Source of the DNA: Candidatus Woesebacteria bacterium
Lineage (GTDB): Bacteria; Patescibacteriota; Microgenomatia; UBA12405
Assembly (NCBI GenBank): GCA_035450165.1
Contig: DAOTMI010000003.1
Span: 217 to 64,216 of the forward strand
DNA: 64,000 nucleotides
Direction: 5' to 3'
Shown here: piece after piece, positions 58,542-64,000 of the stretch
Position numbering within the stretch: the stretch's first letter is position 1
How the letters are laid out: every line of letters starts with the position of its first letter
The notes under the pieces: model-generated
What the model was told of the DNA's origin: nothing
What the model saw: the letters and a program-made list of their open reading frames with translations, nothing else
The model's database searches: none
Program-made: the position numbers and the translations under genes

Positions 58542-59623
58542 AAATATGAGTACTGTTGATTTGAAATTAACTGGGGATCAATAATAATCTCATCACCCGG
58601 ATTCAAACCGCTGAGAACCTCCATTTGGTCTCCGTGAATTTTCCCGACAGTCACCTTCTTTAACTCACAAACCCCCTTATTGTTAGTCCAGATATATCCA
58701 CCACCGATTACTGTCCAAGCTGGTACCAAAGCTACATTTTCCGAATTAGTCTTAATAATCGCTCGTCCCATTTCGTCCAATTTACCAAGTTTTCTTAGAT
58801 CATCACTCACAATATCCACCTGATAAAAAGTTTGGCCGTTATTCAAAACCACTTTTGAAGGATAAATTCTAGCTACTGTTCCTTCTAGTTTGTTTTGAAG
58901 GCCGTCTAAAATTAAAGTGGCCGGACTGCCGTCAGTAACATAGTAAATATTGGCTGCTGAAACATTAGCTCTAAAAACTATTGAATCGGGATCAGCAACT
59001 ACAAAGGTGGTAGCCGGAGTCACGTTAACCCCGGCCACACTTACATCTTCATGGGTAATAATGCCACTAATCGGCGAAATTAAAGTTGACAGCTGCAAGG
59101 CATAATTAGCCAATTCCACATTAATAACTGAATTGTCTAGAGTAATTTGGCTTTGATTCAAAATACGCCTTAAAGCATCGTCGACTGTCTTAGTAAAATC
59201 AGCATTAGTTTTGGTATAAGTTGGGGCTACTTGCGAACGCAGCACATTATCGGCAGCATTCTGCTGGGTTTGATCAAAGGCATCTCTAGTTAACTGGTAA
59301 TTATTAAGAGCCACTGTTAATTGCCTTTGGAGAATATAAGTATCTAACTGAGCAATTGTCTGACCGGCTCGGACTCTGTCTCCCTCTTTAAAAGGCAGGC
59401 GAATTAATTTCCCTCCGGCCTGAAAATTAAGTTTAGCCTGATTTTGGGCTACTACTGAGCCGTCAGCGGTTATTAACGAATCGACAAATTGAACTGAAGC
59501 AATCGTGGTGGCTCGACTTGTTAAATTATTTTTTTTACTCACCGTTTGTTTATTAATCAACCAACCACCGCCTCCCACCATCAAAACAATGATGATAATG
59601 ATCCAACCTTGAATTCTTTTCAT
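58538..59623 (-). CDS. HlyD-family membrane fusion/periplasmic adaptor protein
   Basis: 361 aa; TM anchor, coiled-coil, beta-barrel; 4-nt overlap with the downstream adaptor. Confidence 0.6.
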   Translation of the reverse strand: MKRIQGWIIIIIVLMVGGGGWLINKQTVSKKNNLTSRATTIASVQFVDSLITADGSVVAQNQAKLNFQAGGKLIRLPFKEGDRVRAGQTIAQLDTYILQRQLTVALNNYQLTRDAFDQTQQNAADNVLRSQVAPTYTKTNADFTKTVDDALRRILNQSQITLDNSVINVELANYALQLSTLISPISGIITHEDVSVAGVNVTPATTFVVADPDSIVFRANVSAANIYYVTDGSPATLILDGLQNKLEGTVARIYPSKVVLNNGQTFYQVDIVSDDLRKLGKLDEMGRAIIKTNSENVALVPAWTVIGGGYIWTNNKGVCELKKVTVGKIHGDQMEVLSGLNPGDEIIIDPQLISNQQYSYL

Positions 59624-60048
59624 TAATTTTTTAATTTCTCCTGTAGGGACTGTAAAATAGCTAAAAGATCTAATTGCTCTTTTTCTGATAAATCAGTCAG
59701 AACTCTCCTTAAATTATATTTACTGCGATTTTGAATTCGTTGCAATGTTTTTCTCCCTTTAGGCGTCAAGATTAATCTAACTTTTCGTCTATCGTTCTTA
59801 CCCTCACAACGAACAATCAATTTATCCTTTACCAATTTATTAATTAAACTGGTGGCTGACGGTAACTCTATAGTAAAATAATCGGCAATATCACCCATAG
59901 ATGCTTCTTGATGCTTATCAATATACCTTAAAGCATATAATTGCAGGGCACTCAAGCAAGTAGAATTATTGGTGAAAGATATTTTATTTTTCACCAGCCT
60001 GGCAATTTGGAATAAGGTCTCTATTAGCTCGAGGGCAATATCTTCCAT
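59623..60048 (-). CDS. MarR-family transcriptional regulator
   Basis: 141 aa winged helix: LSALQLYALRYI...MGDIADYF...SATSLINKLVKDKLIVR...DRRKVRL.LT.KG. Confidence 0.8.
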   Translation of the reverse strand: MEDIALELIETLFQIARLVKNKISFTNNSTCLSALQLYALRYIDKHQEASMGDIADYFTIELPSATSLINKLVKDKLIVRCEGKNDRRKVRLILTPKGRKTLQRIQNRSKYNLRRVLTDLSEKEQLDLLAILQSLQEKLKN

Positions 60049-60114
60049 TATATTTTAATTAAACTTTCTAACTATTAGGTAGTATAATCAATCCATTGTC
60101 ATAAGTCAATCTCT

Positions 60115-61851
60115 ATGATTAAACTTTTACGTTTTCTTAAACCGGCTGGTCTATCTCTGATCTTTGTTGTCATTTTAGCTATTGGCCAAGCTTCTGCTAA
60201 TCTCTACCTACCCAATTTAATGTCTGATATTGTGAATAAAGGTATTGCCGCCTTTAATACTAATTACATTTGGCGGACTGGCGGCATCATGGCGCTAGTG
60301 GCTATTGTCGGTACTATCTGTGCTATTGCCGGCATTTTTTTCTCTTCTCGGATAGCTAATGGTATGGGCCAACGGCTCCGAGCTGAAATCTTTACTAAAA
60401 TCCAACATTTCTCCCTTCATGAATTTGATCATCTCAGTACTGCTTCCTTAATCACCCGAACCACCAATGACACTACTCAAATTCAACAACTCGTAGTTAT
60501 GACACTTTCTGTTATTATCACTACTCCTATCACTTTAATTGTCGGCATCATTTTAGCTCTTGACCAAGATGTTGGTCTGTCTTGGATATTAGTAGCTATG
60601 GTACCGATTTTAGTGATTATTGTGACGGTTCTTCTCTCTAAAACTATTCCCTTATTCACCACCATGCAGACTAGGCTGGATAAATTAAATCTAATTCTTA
60701 ACGAAAACCTTACCGGAGTCCGGGTCATTCGAGCTTTCAATCGAATAAAACATGAAGAACACCGATTTAATTTGGCTAATTTAAATGTCGCTAACGTCGC
60801 TATCCGGGTCAATCAATTAATAACTACCATGATGCCGATTATCATGCTCTTAATCAATATGTCGACTGTTGCCATAATTTGGTTTGGCAGTCATCGGGTA
60901 GCTGGCGGCCATTTAGAAATTGGGGCTATGTTCGCCTTTCTCCAATATGCTGTTCAAATCCTTTTTTCCCTTTTAATGTTAGCTGTCCTTTTTATTATGA
61001 TCCCTCGAGCCGAGGCTTCAGCCAAACGAATCAATGAAATTCTGGAATTAAAACCCGATATTAAGGATCCTAAAAAAGAATTACCGGCTACCCATCTTAG
61101 GGGAGTAGTAGAGTTTAAAAATGTTACTTTTAGCTACCATGGGGCCGAACGACCAGCCTTAACCCATATTACTTTTACAGCTTCCCCCGGGCGGGTAACC
61201 GCCATTATTGGCGGTACTGGTTCTGGTAAATCAACCCTGGTTAACCTCATCCCTCGTTTCTACGATGTCCAAGAAGGCCAAATTTTAGTCGACGCTATTG
61301 ATGTTCGTCAAATGACCCAAGCTACTTTACGGGCTAAAATCGGCTTCGTTCCTCAAAAACCCATCCTTTTTTCCGGCACTGTTGCCGATAATATCCGCTA
61401 CGGCAAGAAAAATGCTACTTTAAGGGAAATTACTCATGCGGCCGAAATTGCTCAAGCTATCGAATTTATTAGCAAAATGGCGGATGGATTTAATGCCCAT
61501 GTTGCCCAGGGGGGAACTAATCTTTCGGGTGGCCAGATTCAACGTTTGTCAATTGCTCGAGCTTTGGTTCGTCAACCAGAAATTTATATCTTCGATGACG
61601 CTTTTTCTGCCTTAGATTTTAAAACAGATGCCAAATTACGTTCGGCCTTAAAACAAGAAACCCAAAACTCAACTACTATCATCGTGGCCCAGCGGGTCAG
61701 CACGGTCATGGATGCCGATCAAATCATTGTTCTTGATAATGGTCAAATTGTCGGTTTAGGCACTCACAAACAATTATTACAAACTTGCCGTGTTTATAAG
61801 GATATTGTGTCATCTCAATTATCGGCTGCTGAAATAAAGGAGTCTTTATGA
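60115..61851 (+). CDS. ABC exporter, fused permease-ATPase (half transporter A)
   Basis: 578 aa; 6 TM; Walker A GGTGSGKST; signature LSGGQIQRLSIARAL; Walker B IYIFDDAFSALD. Confidence 0.85.
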   Translation: MIKLLRFLKPAGLSLIFVVILAIGQASANLYLPNLMSDIVNKGIAAFNTNYIWRTGGIMALVAIVGTICAIAGIFFSSRIANGMGQRLRAEIFTKIQHFSLHEFDHLSTASLITRTTNDTTQIQQLVVMTLSVIITTPITLIVGIILALDQDVGLSWILVAMVPILVIIVTVLLSKTIPLFTTMQTRLDKLNLILNENLTGVRVIRAFNRIKHEEHRFNLANLNVANVAIRVNQLITTMMPIIMLLINMSTVAIIWFGSHRVAGGHLEIGAMFAFLQYAVQILFSLLMLAVLFIMIPRAEASAKRINEILELKPDIKDPKKELPATHLRGVVEFKNVTFSYHGAERPALTHITFTASPGRVTAIIGGTGSGKSTLVNLIPRFYDVQEGQILVDAIDVRQMTQATLRAKIGFVPQKPILFSGTVADNIRYGKKNATLREITHAAEIAQAIEFISKMADGFNAHVAQGGTNLSGGQIQRLSIARALVRQPEIYIFDDAFSALDFKTDAKLRSALKQETQNSTTIIVAQRVSTVMDADQIIVLDNGQIVGLGTHKQLLQTCRVYKDIVSSQLSAAEIKESL

Positions 61852-63761
61852 GCGAAGCTACCAGTGATCATCGATTAAAACACAGAGGCCACGGTGGTTT
61901 TGGCGCCAGGTTTGGTAGATTTGAAAAGGCTAAGGATTTTAAAGGAACTCTTAAAAGATTGGCTGGTTATTTTAAACCAGAAGCAAAACGACTCATATTT
62001 GTTGCAATAGCGGCTATTTTAGGAACTGTTTTTAATATCCTTGGGCCTAAAATCCTAGGCAAAGCTGTCACTAAACTTTTTAATAATCTCATCAGCAGCT
62101 TTGCTATCCAAGCCCGCAATCAAATAATTAAACAACAATTGGCCCAAAATCCCTCCCTGTCCCTTCAACTCTTGCCCGTTCCCGGAATTGAATGGGGTTA
62201 TATCGGCCGAATCATGCTCACTCTTTTGGTCCTTTATTTATTTAGCGCCCTTTTTATTTTTATTCAACAATATTTGATGTCGGGTGTAGCTCAGCGGACA
62301 ATATATAAACTCCGCAACGAAGTTGATGAAAAACTCCACCGATTACCACTGAAATATTTTGACAGCCGAACTCATGGCGAAATTCTAAGCCGAGCTGTTA
62401 ATGATATGGACAATCTTGGCTCAACTCTTCAGCAGTCGGTCTCCCAAACAATTACTTCCACCACTACTCTTATCGGCGTTCTTATTATGATGTTATCTAT
62501 TAGTTGGCGTCTTACGTTAATTGTTTTAGCAACGGTACCCTTGACTCTGTTCATAGTCGGCGGTATTGCCAAACGCTCCCAAATTTACTTCCGAAACCAA
62601 CAAAAATCTCTGGGTGATCTTAATGGTCATGTTGAGGAAATGTATACTGGACATAAAATTATTAAAGCCTTCGGTCATGAAGAAACAGCTATTACTGAGT
62701 TTATTGAACTTAACAACCGTCTCTATCGATCCAGTTGGCGGGCTCAATTTGTTTCCGGCATTATTTTACCGTTAACTCGCTTTGTTGGTAATCTAGGCTA
62801 TATTTTGGTAGCGGTGGCCGGCGGAGTTATGGCTACTCAGGGAATGATTACCCTTGGCGATGTTCAAGCTTTTATTCAATATGCCTCCCAATTCACCCAG
62901 CCGATTGCTCAAATAGCAACTATTACCAATATTATTCAGTCAGCAATCGCTTCAGCTGAACGGGTTTTCGAACTTTTAGACGAAAAGGAACAAACACCTG
63001 AAGTAACCAATCCGGTGGTTATTAAAAATATTAAAGGAGCAGTCAAATTTGACCATATCTACTTTGGCTATAGTCACGACAATATCCTGATTAAGGATAT
63101 GAACATTGACGTTAAACCTGGACAAATGGTTGCTATCGTCGGGCCTACCGGTGCCGGCAAAACCACCCTAGTAAATCTATTAATGCGCTTTTATGAAGTC
63201 AACAGCGGCCGTATTTTAATTGACGGTGTTGACATCACCCAAATGCGTCGTTGTGATCTTCATCGCCTATTTGGAATGGTCCTCCAAGATACTTGGCTTT
63301 TTCATGGCCCAATTAGAGATAATATTGCCTACGGCCGGGAGGGAGCCACTGAGGCAGAAATTATCAAAGCAGCTGAAATGGCTTATGCTGATCATTTTAT
63401 CCGAACTTTACCTAAGGGTTACAACATGGTTATTAACGAAGAAGCAACCAATATCTCTCAAGGGCAAAAACAATTGTTAACCATTGCTCGTGCTTTTCTG
63501 GCTAATCCTAAGATTCTTATTTTAGATGAAGCGACGAGCAGTGTTGATACCCGGACGGAACAACTTATTCAGAATGCTATGGAGAAACTAATGAAAGGCC
63601 GGACTAGTTTTGTTATTGCCCATCGTTTATCCACCATCCGCAATGCTGATCTTATTTTGGTAATGAATCACGGAACAATTATCGAAAAAGGGACCCATCG
63701 GGAGCTTTTAGCCGCTAACGGTTTTTATGCCGATCTCTACAATAGCCAATTTAGTGATTAG
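61848..63761 (+). CDS. ABC exporter, fused permease-ATPase (half transporter B)
   Basis: 637 aa; Walker A GPTGAGKTT; signature ISQGQKQLLTIARAF; Walker B ILILDEATSSVD; 4-nt overlap with half A, consistent with a heterodimer. Confidence 0.85.
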   Translation: MSEATSDHRLKHRGHGGFGARFGRFEKAKDFKGTLKRLAGYFKPEAKRLIFVAIAAILGTVFNILGPKILGKAVTKLFNNLISSFAIQARNQIIKQQLAQNPSLSLQLLPVPGIEWGYIGRIMLTLLVLYLFSALFIFIQQYLMSGVAQRTIYKLRNEVDEKLHRLPLKYFDSRTHGEILSRAVNDMDNLGSTLQQSVSQTITSTTTLIGVLIMMLSISWRLTLIVLATVPLTLFIVGGIAKRSQIYFRNQQKSLGDLNGHVEEMYTGHKIIKAFGHEETAITEFIELNNRLYRSSWRAQFVSGIILPLTRFVGNLGYILVAVAGGVMATQGMITLGDVQAFIQYASQFTQPIAQIATITNIIQSAIASAERVFELLDEKEQTPEVTNPVVIKNIKGAVKFDHIYFGYSHDNILIKDMNIDVKPGQMVAIVGPTGAGKTTLVNLLMRFYEVNSGRILIDGVDITQMRRCDLHRLFGMVLQDTWLFHGPIRDNIAYGREGATEAEIIKAAEMAYADHFIRTLPKGYNMVINEEATNISQGQKQLLTIARAFLANPKILILDEATSSVDTRTEQLIQNAMEKLMKGRTSFVIAHRLSTIRNADLILVMNHGTIIEKGTHRELLAANGFYADLYNSQFSD

Positions 63762-64000
63762 TTTCTGGTTGCCTAGCCACTATTTTAATCTGACTATTGG
63801 GAATGAAATAAAGAATACCGTGGCTATCTCTAATAACAGTTTTCCTCAGAGTTATTTCCTCAACTACACCTTCATGATCAATAATCTTAATTCTATCACC
63901 CACATAATATTGACCCTCAAAAAGAATAAAAATACCGGCGATAAAATCGGCAATAATATCTTTAGCCGCCATGCTGACTGCCAAACCGGCAATACCCAAA
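63751..64000 (-). CDS. MscS-family mechanosensitive channel (C-terminal part; gene continues beyond window end)
   Basis: ...DFIAGIFILFEGQYYVGDRIKIIDHEGVVEEITLRKTVIRDSHGILYFIPNS matches the MscS beta-domain consensus. Confidence 0.65.
   Translation of the reverse strand, partial: LGIAGLAVSMAAKDIIADFIAGIFILFEGQYYVGDRIKIIDHEGVVEEITLRKTVIRDSHGILYFIPNSQIKIVARQPETNH

Noticed and set aside
60049-60114. Possible MarR operator (CTAACTATTAGGTAG) in the marR/ABC divergent intergenic region
   Set aside because: Only a weak, imperfect palindrome next to a TATAAT box; not enough to call.

Overview
This window reads as a low-GC, compact Patescibacteria/CPR-like chromosome segment in the standard genetic code; the taxon is an inference. 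It is mostly housekeeping. The coding genes include rpoD (partial), dnaG, a polyprenyl synthase, Xer recombinase, TrpRS, bL25, LeuRS, a TsaC-TsaE fusion with TsaD, VanW, RNase H, an archaeal-type TIM, ComF and SmpB. Further along are UppS, RecF, Xth, and a glycolysis/pentose-phosphate block (rpiB-pgk-gap-rpe; eno-gpmI). The rest are a split transketolase, IspH, GroES/GroEL, Rel/SpoT, a PBP1A, a glycosyltransferase cluster, and a MarR/HlyD/ABC efflux module. RNA genes are a complete 16S rRNA on the minus strand with no adjacent 23S/5S, a tmRNA encoding the tag (G)ANYALAYA, and tRNA-Met(CAT), tRNA-Ile(TAT), tRNA-Tyr(GTA) and tRNA-Cys(GCA). There is also an orphan CAT-anticodon tRNA-like gene that has its own sigma70 promoter and terminator and sits next to a perfect 30-bp palindrome. 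The most unusual content falls into four groups. (i) Two tandem Cys-rich secreted proteins end in a double-TM domain resembling a type IV secretion pilin; a HerA/VirB4-superfamily membrane ATPase lies elsewhere in the window, tail-to-tail with the Xer recombinase. (ii) The tRNA-Tyr carries archaeal/eukaryal-type identity elements (C1-G72, A73, short variable arm), and the tRNA-Ile has a UAU anticodon. (iii) TsaC and TsaE are fused into one ORF. (iv) A ~39-nt AATTACGAATT-based repeat is shared between two unrelated genes, independent of reading frame. No CRISPR array, phage or IS element was recognised.
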